IMG/VR virus record: IMGVR_UViG_3300005805_000394
Span: 1-26,822 of that record
DNA: 26,822 bases
Source of the DNA: a virus
Taxonomy: Duplodnaviria; Caudoviricetes
Direction: 5' to 3' (one strand)
Below, one piece after another: positions 1 through 8,749 of this stretch; position 1 is the first letter of the stretch, and every line of letters begins with the position of its first letter. The position numbers were made by a program, and so were the translations under genes. The notes under the pieces are model-generated. The model was not told the origin of the DNA. It searched no databases and was given only the letters and a program-made list of their open reading frames with translations.

Positions 1-3000
1 CTTTGCTGCACCACTAACTGTTGATGTTACAGCTTTGCCGACATCTGAGAAGAACACTCTTGAGACACCCGTTGGGGTTCGCACAGCGCCAGCGCCAACC
101 GCTGTAACCACTGGCGCTGCTACCGATGCCGCAGTTGGGACAGCAGCTTTGGGAAGCGCCCCTCGAGTTACTGATGACGGTGTTGATAAATACCCAGGAG
201 TTAATTTTGCAGCTTTTTCAACATCTGTTGCAAGTGATTCAAGTGCTTTATCAACTGTTCCAAAATTCTTTAAAAGAGCCTGTCTTTGTTTTTTAAATGC
301 ATTTGCTAACTTTCTTCTCTTACTAACAGCATCATCTGTATACTGCCGAGATGTTTTATCTAATGAACTCTTTAAAATTTCAGCTTCTTTTGCAGCACGC
401 TCTAATTCATCTGCTTTATTAATTATTTCAGGACTTGTTAAAAGCTTATCTTTTGCACGTTGAATTCTTGCATCAGCAACTCTTTGACCTATTCTTGAGC
501 GCCCTAAAACACGCTGCTGCTCGCGAGGATCATAATCTGGATGCAGGGCATCTAGAGCACCGACACTAACTCTTGATCTTGCTAATTTTTCAATAGCTTG
601 CCTATTAACAGCCTTATCCATTTCTCTTTTTGGATTCATCTTATAGCCGTAATGACGTTCTAATTTATCAATTAAATCTCGATCAAACTTCTTAATACCT
701 TCATTAATTTTATCTATCTCATCAAGAACAAAAGCCTCATAAGCAGCCTTAGCATCTATCATTTTATTAATTACAGTTTGCCCTGGTCGCCCACCGGGAG
801 ATAAAATGGACATTTTATCAAAACCTTCTCTCACAGTTTTATCTAGAAGATCTTGCGTTCTGCCTCTAATTCCTGCTGTCGCGGAATATTGACCACCGGG
901 TATAAGATCTTGTTTAGCACTAGTAAATTGCTTTGCAATTGGCGAGGCTTCGACAACTTTTTCAGATAGTACTTTATCGGCTTTACTGAAAGCAGCTCTT
1001 GACCTTAAAACTCTTGCCTCCTCAGCACGCATTTTAATTAATTGTTTATCAATAGCAGCCTGTTTTATAGTAAGATCTTGTACAAGAGCTTGATTATTTG
1101 CTAAACGAGCCTTATCTAAGTTTCTTACAACATTACCAAGTTCAGCCTCTTTAGTTGCAATTTGTTGACTTATTAATGGGATTTCCTCGTAAATTTCTTC
1201 TATTGCTTCATTTGGCACAAGACCTGCATACTTTGCAGTTTTCAATAATTTAGACTCTACATTCTTGACAGTTGTTTGAATTGCGTCTGTGGCAGCCTTT
1301 GCCTGTTTTGCAGCTGCCTTTCGAGCACCTTTTGTAGCTCCAGTTGTTGCAGTTTCCATAGCACTAGCGACAGCTTTGGCTTCACTATCTGCTAGCCCCT
1401 CAATAACATTTCTTATCTCCCTTGCCTGGTTTGCAGACGTTTTTGTTCTCGTTAATCTTTCTGCAAGAATATCTTGTGTTACTCTTGATTGAACCGCTTT
1501 AGTACCACCCTTTTCTGACACAGTCAGCGCCCTGCCGGTCCCTGATGGGAATATCTTGCTGCCTTTTGCGCCTGTTGTTTTTATTTTTCCAAGCGGTCCA
1601 CTTAACGAGCTTAACTCCCTGCCGGCAGCTTTTTCTGCGGCGGCAAAATCAGATATTTGTTTTAAGACAGCTTTCTTTTCCTTCTCTGTCATTTGCCATG
1701 TAGTCTTAAGATTATCTAAAAATGCAAATTCTTCCGGGAGATTCTGACCAGCGTTTCTAACAGCCGTTGCTATCTCATTACCTGTTAATGTAACCATAGC
1801 AGCGGCTTTTTTGGAAGCACCAGCGGCTTTCCTAGCTGTTGCGCCAACCGCCTTTGCTTTAGTTTTTACAGAAGATGCAGTTTCTTTAATAGTTGCTGCA
1901 GCATCGGATGCTGCAGTTGCAGCGCCTTCAGCTACAGAAGTAATTGCTGCTGCTGTAGATGCACCTACAGCAGCTGCGCTTTCAGCGGCTTCTTTAATAG
2001 GCTCTGTTATTTTTGCTGCAGAAGGAATTCTAAATCCACCAGCAGGTATGCCAGATGTTCCAGTTACTGATGGCGGAGTAGCGGTCGGCAGCTTTATCGG
2101 AACAACAGTTCCTGTTGTTGGCGTTGTGATAGCTGGCACTCTAAATCCGCCAGCTGGGATCCCCGATGTTCCAGTTACTGATGGCGGAGCGACAGGCGGA
2201 GCGACAGGCGGAGCGACAGGCGGAGCGACAGGCGGAGTAGCGGGCGGAGTAACGGGCGGAGTACGTGGAATTCTTCTTGGCGGAGTTGTAGTTGTTCCGC
2301 CAGAAGCAGGAGCACCACCACCGCCTCTTCCGCCAGTGCCTGGAGCACCAGTTGTTCCTTTACCGCCAAATGTATTGCCAAGGAATCTATTGCTTACAAA
2401 TGTGGTTCCTTTAAATCCGGCTTTAAATGCGTCACTTATACCAGTTCTAAAAGCATCCAGGGTTTCGGCTGAAGCCCTTGCTGCTTCAGCAGCAGCCACG
2501 GTAGTGTCAGCAGCAGTTTCAACCAGACCAACCATCGCAGTTGAAGCAACAGGCAGTCCGACACTTGCTCTAAGAGCTGTTTTAATTGTTGAAACAGTTG
2601 GAGTTGCACCGACAGCCCTTGCCTCTCTTAGAGATGGAGACAAGCCAGTAGTGTCGGCTATAGAACCTCTCTGTCTGCCTGTTAATAGTATTTTATCCGG
2701 ACTAATCTGAATGGCTTTCTGCCAACCTTTTAATGCTCTGTCTCCACGATCTATTAAGTCAGTGACAGATATTAATTTAGAACCGAATTTACCAAATCCA
2801 GTAATTAACTTTGCTATGCCACCAATAGCGCTAACATAAAAATATCTAAATGAGGCTCCAAGTATTTTTAATGTTGGAAGAAGCGCTAATGCAATAATGC
2901 TAAAACTAAGTAGCTTTTTACCACCCTCACCCATGCCTTCAAGAAAATCTCTAATTTTTTGAATTATTGGACTAAAAAACTTAATTATAGGTCCAAAAGC

Positions 3001-4818
3001 TGAAACTAAGACTCTACCTATTGCAAGAATTTCTTCCTTTAAAATTCTAAATTGAGTTATTGTTGTTTGTAATCCAATTTCCAATTCAGTCTCTAATTGC
3101 TTTTGTGCAACATCTTCAATTCGAAACGCTGAGGACATAAGAATCTTTCCAGACTCTGTTCCTATCTTAGATAAGAAGTCTGCAGCTGACTCGCCGCTAG
3201 CTGCAAACTGCTGATTTAAATCTTTGAAAGCAGCTTCTTGACCGAATCTAATTATTTTAGCTCTGGTTGTATATTCACCATTCACCTTCTCTGTGGCGGC
3301 TCTATGCAATTTACTAATGTCTACAATCTTTTTTAATTGCATCTCCTCCATTCCGGCTGCTTTTAATCTTTGATTAACATTAGTCTCAATCGATCTTGCT
3401 ACTCTTTCCTCTGTTGTACCAGTTGTATCAAGAGCTTTTTGAAATACAGCAAGCTGTCTAATTGATGTCTCCATTCTTGGACCCTGGCGAACACCAAACA
3501 ATCTTGCAAATAATTCCAATGTTCCCTGCTCACCTTTAAGATTTAATAGACTATTAAAACCGTCAGTAAGTTTTTGAATATTTTCCATACTGACACCCGC
3601 TGCGTAATCAAAGTCTGGTCCAAGTGCTTCATTAAGACCTGCAATAATTTGAGTGTTTTGTTTTGTCATTGCGACCATTCTCTGTAGCGAGACCTTGATT
3701 GAGTTTGCAGACGCTCCTACTTGGAAACCAGAAGCAACCATTGGAGCTAACAATGCTGATGTCTCTGTCATCGACAAACCGAATGTTGTAGCAGCTGCAG
3801 ATACTTCCGGGAATGCGTCCGCTAGATCTTTTAGCGATAGAGTTGTTTTATTTTCAACTAAGTTAAATTCAGCCAACTGACCTTTTAATTCTTGAATAAT
3901 AACATCAAATTGCTTTGGGTCTGTCAAGTCAAGTGATACACCCTTAAGCGCAGCCTGCTCTCTTTTGACTCTGAGAATATTTTGCAGCATCGATTCAATA
4001 AATTTTTGCGATTGTGTTATATCTACGTTTCCAAGTTTTTCTACTGTAGTTGTCAATTCAACAAGACCAGCAATTGCCTTATTGTCAGATATACCCAATT
4101 CTGCAAAGTCACCAGCAAGGCTTTGAACAAGTACTCTGCTAGTTCCAAATCTTCTTGTAATTTTATCTAGATCTTTACCTAATTCAACTGTTGCCGAACG
4201 AGCCTTTTGAATTGCATCTTCACCGGATCCAAAGTTGTCAACCAACAGCTTTGTAACTCTTGCAGACTCTTGCTCTAAATCAGCAAAGCTAAAAAATGCT
4301 GTTCTTAATGCTCGAGTAAACGCAAGTGTCTGCGCAGTAGTTCTGATTAAACTTAGATTTGCTAAGCTCAGAGCTTGTTTTGATCTATTAGCCCACTGTT
4401 GAATTGATGCACCTGTAAGCGCTCTATTTAAAGCCTGGACATTACTGGTTATTGCTGTAAATTGAGATTGTTGAGCTTTGAGGGCAGATGCCATCTTTGC
4501 ACTTGATGAACCAACTTTTGCCATAGTGGCATCAAGAGCTTTTAGATTAGCATTAGCATTTTCAACTATTCTATTTGTTGTATTTTGTGCAGTGCCATAG
4601 GCTACAACTAAATTAGTTAAAACCCTTTGTTGATCAGACACGCCCTTGGTTATTCTCTGCAGGGTGCTGTGTACACTAGATGCCTTTGCGGCAGCCGCAG
4701 AATACGAATTAATTTGCCCAGTTAATTGAAGAAGAGATCTGGTTAAAACCTCTGCAGCAGTAGTTGCTGCAGAAGTGTCAACACTAGTAGTTATGCGAAT
4801 ATCGCCAATATCAGACAT
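1..4818 (-). CDS. Tape measure protein (partial, runs off the left edge; >=1606 aa)
   Basis: Not in the ORF track. My translation from ATG 4818 (MSDIGDIRITTSVDTSAATTAAEVLTRS...) stays open to position 1. It is Ala/Lys-rich and helical, with a TMP-like core (...LSLKDLADAFPEVSAAATTFGLSMTETSALLAPMVASGFQVGASANSIKVSLQRM...) and amphipathic/hydrophobic segments (AFGPIIKFFSPIIQKIRDFLEGMGEGGKKLLSFSIIALALLPTL). It lies directly downstream of the tail tube and chaperone genes. Confidence 0.92.
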   Translation of the reverse strand, partial: MSDIGDIRITTSVDTSAATTAAEVLTRSLLQLTGQINSYSAAAAKASSVHSTLQRITKGVSDQQRVLTNLVVAYGTAQNTTNRIVENANANLKALDATMAKVGSSSAKMASALKAQQSQFTAITSNVQALNRALTGASIQQWANRSKQALSLANLSLIRTTAQTLAFTRALRTAFFSFADLEQESARVTKLLVDNFGSGEDAIQKARSATVELGKDLDKITRRFGTSRVLVQSLAGDFAELGISDNKAIAGLVELTTTVEKLGNVDITQSQKFIESMLQNILRVKREQAALKGVSLDLTDPKQFDVIIQELKGQLAEFNLVENKTTLSLKDLADAFPEVSAAATTFGLSMTETSALLAPMVASGFQVGASANSIKVSLQRMVAMTKQNTQIIAGLNEALGPDFDYAAGVSMENIQKLTDGFNSLLNLKGEQGTLELFARLFGVRQGPRMETSIRQLAVFQKALDTTGTTEERVARSIETNVNQRLKAAGMEEMQLKKIVDISKLHRAATEKVNGEYTTRAKIIRFGQEAAFKDLNQQFAASGESAADFLSKIGTESGKILMSSAFRIEDVAQKQLETELEIGLQTTITQFRILKEEILAIGRVLVSAFGPIIKFFSPIIQKIRDFLEGMGEGGKKLLSFSIIALALLPTLKILGASFRYFYVSAIGGIAKLITGFGKFGSKLISVTDLIDRGDRALKGWQKAIQISPDKILLTGRQRGSIADTTGLSPSLREARAVGATPTVSTIKTALRASVGLPVASTAMVGLVETAADTTVAAAEAARASAETLDAFRTGISDAFKAGFKGTTFVSNRFLGNTFGGKGTTGAPGTGGRGGGGAPASGGTTTTPPRRIPRTPPVTPPATPPVAPPVAPPVAPPVAPPSVTGTSGIPAGGFRVPAITTPTTGTVVPIKLPTATPPSVTGTSGIPAGGFRIPSAAKITEPIKEAAESAAAVGASTAAAITSVAEGAATAASDAAATIKETASSVKTKAKAVGATARKAAGASKKAAAMVTLTGNEIATAVRNAGQNLPEEFAFLDNLKTTWQMTEKEKKAVLKQISDFAAAEKAAGRELSSLSGPLGKIKTTGAKGSKIFPSGTGRALTVSEKGGTKAVQSRVTQDILAERLTRTKTSANQAREIRNVIEGLADSEAKAVASAMETATTGATKGARKAAAKQAKAATDAIQTTVKNVESKLLKTAKYAGLVPNEAIEEIYEEIPLISQQIATKEAELGNVVRNLDKARLANNQALVQDLTIKQAAIDKQLIKMRAEEARVLRSRAAFSKADKVLSEKVVEASPIAKQFTSAKQDLIPGGQYSATAGIRGRTQDLLDKTVREGFDKMSILSPGGRPGQTVINKMIDAKAAYEAFVLDEIDKINEGIKKFDRDLIDKLERHYGYKMNPKREMDKAVNRQAIEKLARSRVSVGALDALHPDYDPREQQRVLGRSRIGQRVADARIQRAKDKLLTSPEIINKADELERAAKEAEILKSSLDKTSRQYTDDAVSKRRKLANAFKKQRQALLKNFGTVDKALESLATDVEKAAKLTPGYLSTPSSVTRGALPKAAVPTAASVAAPVVTAVGAGAVRTPTGVSRVFFSDVGKAVTSTVSGAAK
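2030..2266. repeat. Intragenic repeats in the tape measure gene: 12-bp tandem repeat plus a duplicated ~49-bp block
   Basis: GGCGGAGCGACA occurs as 4 exact copies (2183-2230) plus 3 degenerate copies (2231-2266), encoding VTPP/ATPP/VAPP. GATGTTCCAGTTACTGATGGCGGAG is identical at 2054-2078 and 2165-2189 (PPSVTGTSGIPAGGFR twice). Confidence 0.95.
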
Positions 4819-4872
4819 AGTTTAGCCAGATTAATTATTACACATTAGGTAAATAAAATCAAGGTTTATTTA

Positions 4873-5190
4873 CTATTTCTGCTCATATCCAAGACCAATT
4901 CCCATCTGCATGATATCAAGTCCTTGGATAATTCTCTTCGGTGCTGGATTATACCAGTCTTCATCGAAGTCTACATCTGCACCTTGGGCAGCTGCCGCAA
5001 TTTTCATGGCGGTACTCGTTTCATTAACAGCCGCACGATAGAGAAGGAACAGCTCGTTGAGAGTTAGGCATGACTCTAACTCTCCGATGCTGTTCCAAGC
5101 TCCGGTTTTTATAAATATTTCAGATTCATACTTGAGGAGAGGAAGGTCTTCCCAACTTGTGTCGGAAGATACCTCACTCGCCTCGCCTAG
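4873..5190 (-). CDS. Tail assembly chaperone, frameshift extension (lambda gpT-like part of a G-T fusion)
   Basis: A 105-codon open frame (LGEASEVSSDTSWEDLPLLKYESEIFIKTGAWNSIGELESCLTLNELFLLYRAAVNETSTAMKIAAAAQGADVDFDEDWYNPAPKRIIQGLDIMQMGIGLGYEQK*) in the -1 frame relative to the upstream chaperone. It overlaps that gene's stop, has no start codon near its 5' end, and fills the gap to the tape measure gene. Confidence 0.8.
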   Translation of the reverse strand, partial: LGEASEVSSDTSWEDLPLLKYESEIFIKTGAWNSIGELESCLTLNELFLLYRAAVNETSTAMKIAAAAQGADVDFDEDWYNPAPKRIIQGLDIMQMGIGLGYEQK

Positions 5191-5489
5191 AAGGAAGGGT
5201 CGGACCCCATTGCTGCTGACATGAGAGCGCCGAATGACTTGAGATCAAGCACATCCTCTAACTTCTCCTTATCGCTAGCCAATTCTGGATCAACAACAGC
5301 CAAAGCAACTGCTGCTGCTTCAACCATTACATCAATATCCGCATCTTCCAAAGTCTCTTCACTCTTTAAATTCTTAACAATCTTCATAAACTTACGAAGA
5401 TTGCGAATTGTCAATGGCTTAATTGTACGCTTCTTTCCATCTGCGAAAAGAATTTCGGTTCCTGCCAGGATATCCTTGTTATCACTCAT
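5187..5489 (-). CDS. Tail assembly chaperone (lambda gpG-like), 100 aa
   Basis: Small acidic protein between the major tail gene and the tape measure gene (MSDNKDILAGTEILFADGKKRTIKPLTIRNLRKFMK...). ATG 5489 is preceded by GAGG at 5500-5503. Confidence 0.85.
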   Translation of the reverse strand: MSDNKDILAGTEILFADGKKRTIKPLTIRNLRKFMKIVKNLKSEETLEDADIDVMVEAAAVALAVVDPELASDKEKLEDVLDLKSFGALMSAAMGSDPSF

Positions 5490-5514
5490 TTTCAAAGTAC
5501 CTCACTTTGTGGTT

Positions 5515-5580
5515 AAAATAAAGAAGCTCTCGCTCCTTACCTATCAAGTTTATCACAAGACAGGCGGTTGCGAGAGCAAC
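5515..5580 (-). terminator. Long nested stem-loop followed by a U-rich tract after the major tail gene (terminator, attenuator or processing site)
   Basis: Minus strand reads GCTCTCGC-aacc-GCCTGTC-ttgtgataaactt-GATAGGT-aagga-GCGAGAGC-TTCTTTATTTT. The outer 8-bp stem is perfect (5570-5577 with 5526-5533); the inner 7-bp stem includes G-U pairs. Confidence 0.55.
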
Positions 5581-5599
5581 TTTACGATTTTTCAATCAA

Positions 5600-6184
5600 T
5601 TATTGCTGATCGATAATCTTGCCGTATTCGTAGTTTGTATCTTCCGTCTTTGGAAGGATACGGAAGCCCACAGCGAACATCGTTGCCTCTGCACGCTTCA
5701 TGCTGATCATCGATGATTCCATCGAGACCGCACGCTTTGTGTAGTACGAACGAGTCTTAATTGCGGCTGCCGACGAACCGGGGGCTGAGCCAACGATGAC
5801 CAAGCCCTTCTCACGCGGGTACACATTCTGCGAACCGAACAGGAATGTGTTCGTGTTTGCACCTGAGCCAGCGAGGTTAGCCTTGATGTCATCGCCACCA
5901 GTCTCATCATCATAGTTCCATGCGATTGCAAGGTTGTTCAGCGTTGCCTCGGCAAGGGTCGTCTTGACCATCACCTTAACTTTCGACTGAATCAGCTTTG
6001 CTGCATCACCATACTGATCGATTTCGATGTCCACAATGTCCGGCTCCCACGAAATTTCGACACCATTTTGTGTAGCGCCGACATCTGCGAAGTTGTCCAT
6101 TGCAGCAATCGATGTTGCGTTAGCCGAAGGACCAAGTTTAATGGTTGCTTCACCAACGACGATATTTGCGACATTAACTGCCAT
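5600..6184 (-). CDS. Major tail (tube) protein, 194 aa
   Basis: Tail-tube-like motifs (NIVVGEATIKLG...DVGATQNGVEISWEPDIVDIEIDQ...KVMVKTTLAEATLNNLAIAW), a strong GGAGG 8 nt before ATG 6184, and canonical position before chaperones and tape measure. Confidence 0.88.
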   Translation of the reverse strand: MAVNVANIVVGEATIKLGPSANATSIAAMDNFADVGATQNGVEISWEPDIVDIEIDQYGDAAKLIQSKVKVMVKTTLAEATLNNLAIAWNYDDETGGDDIKANLAGSGANTNTFLFGSQNVYPREKGLVIVGSAPGSSAAAIKTRSYYTKRAVSMESSMISMKRAEATMFAVGFRILPKTEDTNYEYGKIIDQQ

Positions 6185-6395
6185 TTGCATTTCCTCCTAA
6201 TTTATCAAGCCGGAATATTCTCCGACCTTTCTTGTCACGCCAATTAGCGATCTTAGAAATGTGTGATGGATTCACCTCTCCTTGTCTTTTTCCGATTCCG
6301 AGAGATTTATTCCATTCAAACTCATATATGGAATTTCCAACTTTTGCTATATAGCCAGGAGTTCTCCCGACATAAGTAATTGTAATGTATTCCAT
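6174..6395 (-). CDS. Small basic hypothetical protein, 73 aa
   Basis: The ORF fills the gap between the tail terminator and tail tube genes and overlaps the tube gene start. ATG 6395 sits just downstream of a TGG-TACAAT motif. Confidence 0.65.
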   Translation of the reverse strand: MEYITITYVGRTPGYIAKVGNSIYEFEWNKSLGIGKRQGEVNPSHISKIANWRDKKGRRIFRLDKLGGNANGS

Positions 6396-6422
6396 ACGCA
6401 ATATATTGTACCATATTTTTTT

Positions 6423-6839
6423 TTATACATTGCAGATTTTAAAGTCTAAATTCATCCGATACCAGCCTTCTTTTTCCAATGGCACTGCGAGGCTTGAATC
6501 TGTCTGCATTGAGGCTAATATCCTACGGTCTTGACCTGTTGCCTCCACCCCACCAGACTTGGCAATCATATCAGCCTTGCCAAGCGCCTCTATAAAAAGC
6601 TCAGCTACATCAAAAAGGCGCTCCACATCTGTATCAAATATAGAATATCGAACAACATCTTTTCTCATCCAGTGCCGATCTGGGTCTGGTATTAATGGAT
6701 TATAATAATAAACAACATAGGGAGCTGTAGCGGTAGACGGTGCAACGACTGGATAGAAGCTCATCTGCTTACCGGCAGCAGTCACAATGTCGGCATCGAT
6801 TTTAAGATGATTATTTATATCATATATTGGAAGGCTCAT
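6423..6839 (-). CDS. Putative tail terminator / tail completion protein
   Basis: 138 aa with the FYPVVAPSTATAPYVVYYY pattern and a terminal beta strand (WYRMNLDFKI), typical of gpU/SPP1 gp17-like proteins. Located just upstream of the tube gene. Confidence 0.6.
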   Translation of the reverse strand: MSLPIYDINNHLKIDADIVTAAGKQMSFYPVVAPSTATAPYVVYYYNPLIPDPDRHWMRKDVVRYSIFDTDVERLFDVAELFIEALGKADMIAKSGGVEATGQDRRILASMQTDSSLAVPLEKEGWYRMNLDFKICNV

Positions 6840-7159
6840 AAAGCCCTCCCAAATTTAGAGTTTAATTTATTTGAAATAATTTCTTTTGCCTTAACACCAA
6901 GATCATAATAAGAACCACCAGTTTCATTTTGATAATAATAATAATCTTCATCTAAATTTTTTATATTTATTTCAATACCATCAACACCAGGAGTCATTTG
7001 AATTTCTGTATTTTCAAAATATTGATTGTCAAAAACATTCCTTACTTCTTCGTTAGCCGACATAACTGCTTCTGCGGCGGCGGATTGTATGTTAATTTTT
7101 AACATGTCAATTTTGTTCATTACACCAGATAAATTATTTACAACTTGAACTTTAAACAT
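6836..7159 (-). CDS. Putative neck / tail completion protein, 107 aa
   Basis: Translationally coupled on both sides (TAATG and ATGA overlaps). Assigned only by its position between head closure and tail terminator genes. Confidence 0.4.
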   Translation of the reverse strand: MFKVQVVNNLSGVMNKIDMLKINIQSAAAEAVMSANEEVRNVFDNQYFENTEIQMTPGVDGIEINIKNLDEDYYYYQNETGGSYYDLGVKAKEIISNKLNSKFGRAL

Positions 7160-7548
7160 TATGTCTCCACCACCCTTCTTAGAGAAAGAACTATATGATG
7201 TTTTTTGCCGGAAAATGCAAACTTAGGTTGAATGCCAACAATTTCATATGTGTCTGTATCAACTTGATTACCTTTTGCATCTGTTATATTTGTTATCCTG
7301 TTATCATAACTAATGTACTGCTCATACATAGATGGAACAATTCCTTCATATTTAGAAAAGTTATCTACATATGGCGACAACCTTCTATCACTCGAAGATG
7401 TAGATTGAGTAGTAGGAGCCTGAAACTGGAAGCCTATTGTAGCCGCTTTTGTAAATGTTGCATATTCTTGACCGGCAGCGTTTGTAGAAGTTGTTTTAGA
7501 ATAGATATCGCACTTGTGTGCAAATCGAAAAAAAGTTTGATATGACAT
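7159..7548 (-). CDS. Putative head closure / head-tail stopper protein
   Basis: 129-aa beta-rich protein with the stopper-like pattern HKCDIYSKTTSTNAAGQ...DNRI...TYEIVGI...HHIVLSLRRV. TGATG overlap with the upstream gene. Confidence 0.6.
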   Translation of the reverse strand: MSYQTFFRFAHKCDIYSKTTSTNAAGQEYATFTKAATIGFQFQAPTTQSTSSSDRRLSPYVDNFSKYEGIVPSMYEQYISYDNRITNITDAKGNQVDTDTYEIVGIQPKFAFSGKKHHIVLSLRRVVET

Positions 7549-8474
7549 CACACCACATAATCCATTACAAACAAAGTGTAATCCATAAGAAGCACATCGG
7601 CATCAATATTTCCAGTTGACTCATAGAAGCTATCCCTTGTTTCATATTTAAGAATATCCATATCTACAGTCTTCATGCCGTGCCTTCTGTAATCAGAATC
7701 ACCATTCATCATGTCCTCTAATAATAAATCCGCAGCTTGTACAACATTATCTGGAACATATCTCCAGCCAAAATCTCCTTCAATTTTATAGTCATCACCT
7801 TCATCAAATTTTGAAGCAACAATAAGAGTTTGAACGCTATCAAGAAATGACCTTCTAAATTGAATATAGTAACTTGAATTAAAATTATGCGGTTCTTTTG
7901 TTTTCTCTATATTATTAATAGTCGCATCTGTTGAATCATGAATAATTGTTTGATCTTCATCACCAGTATTAACCGTAACTTTTCTTAATGTAGCTATTGG
8001 ATATGGAAGATGTAAAGTGTTTTTACCCGATCCAGAAATTTCAATGTACTTATTAGGGTAATAATCAAAAGATTGACCACAAAATGTATTAATTATATTT
8101 CTTACTCTTTTTTCCATTTTATCAAATTTTTCATAGTAATCTGTTTCAAGATCCGGATGGTCGGCAAAAAATGTATCTATGTCTGCATATGGAGTATAAA
8201 CATTTATATATTGAGATTGAGTATATGATGTTCCAGAAATTGTGTATGTAAAATCAACCCTATACCTACCAGCGCTATTTAACACATAAATGCCAGATGC
8301 TTGTTGACCATAAGTGATTGTATAGACCCCGGCACTCGCTCTTGTTGCATTTGTTGGACCGGACACAAGTGAGCCAAATTCGTGGTATAAATTAACAGAA
8401 ACAGTATTGCCCGCGGGGTCGCTAGGGAGTGTCAATGTAAGAGTTTTACTTGTATTGATTTTGACATCATCCAT
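7548..8474 (-). CDS. Putative head-to-tail adaptor with an extra N-terminal Ig-like domain
   Basis: The C-terminal part has IINTFCGQSF and GDFGWRYVPDNVVQAADLL, resembling phage adaptor proteins. The N-terminal ~95 aa is beta-rich (GVYTITY...AGRYRVDFTYTISG). Confidence 0.6.
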   Translation of the reverse strand: MDDVKINTSKTLTLTLPSDPAGNTVSVNLYHEFGSLVSGPTNATRASAGVYTITYGQQASGIYVLNSAGRYRVDFTYTISGTSYTQSQYINVYTPYADIDTFFADHPDLETDYYEKFDKMEKRVRNIINTFCGQSFDYYPNKYIEISGSGKNTLHLPYPIATLRKVTVNTGDEDQTIIHDSTDATINNIEKTKEPHNFNSSYYIQFRRSFLDSVQTLIVASKFDEGDDYKIEGDFGWRYVPDNVVQAADLLLEDMMNGDSDYRRHGMKTVDMDILKYETRDSFYESTGNIDADVLLMDYTLFVMDYVV

Positions 8475-8509
8475 GATATTCAATTGTACCAGAAATTAGG
8501 TTTTAGACA

Positions 8510-8737
8510 TTAAAACGCTTGCATTGCAACTTCTACTTGAAGATTGGTTAAATCAGTGCCAAGATCATTGATATTAAAAGCCGGATTTAATTCAAATGAA
8601 ATAACAGTGTTGCTTGCATCTTTATAGAATAAAATTCCATCAGCATAGTTGATTGCAAGCTCTCCATGCTCTAATGAGTTGGCAGTTGGAGCCGCATTAG
8701 CAGTTCCAGATCTTTTAAGTTTTACAATGTTAGCCAT
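8510..8737 (-). CDS. Small fibre-anchor-like virion protein, 75 aa
   Basis: N-terminus IVKLKRSGTANAAPTANSLEHGELAINYADGILFYKD is a common phage fibre N-terminal module and is paralogous to the N-terminus of the neighbouring 339-aa gene. Confidence 0.6.
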   Translation of the reverse strand: MANIVKLKRSGTANAAPTANSLEHGELAINYADGILFYKDASNTVISFELNPAFNINDLGTDLTNLQVEVAMQAF

Positions 8738-8749
8738 TTTAGGCTCCTA

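Noticed and set aside
2183-2266. Possible CRISPR array
   Set aside because: The 12-bp units are contiguous with no spacers and are in-frame coding repeats.
35-4170. Plus-strand ORFs over the tape measure gene (35-463, 1811-2710, 3653-3880 and others)
   Set aside because: They are antisense shadows of the continuous minus-strand reading frame and lack RBS or recognisable motifs.
5100-5189. Amber readthrough or stop-codon reassignment at the chaperone TAG
   Set aside because: Readthrough reaches TAA after about 25 codons, whereas the -1 frame is long and fills the gap. The long genes read normally under the standard code.
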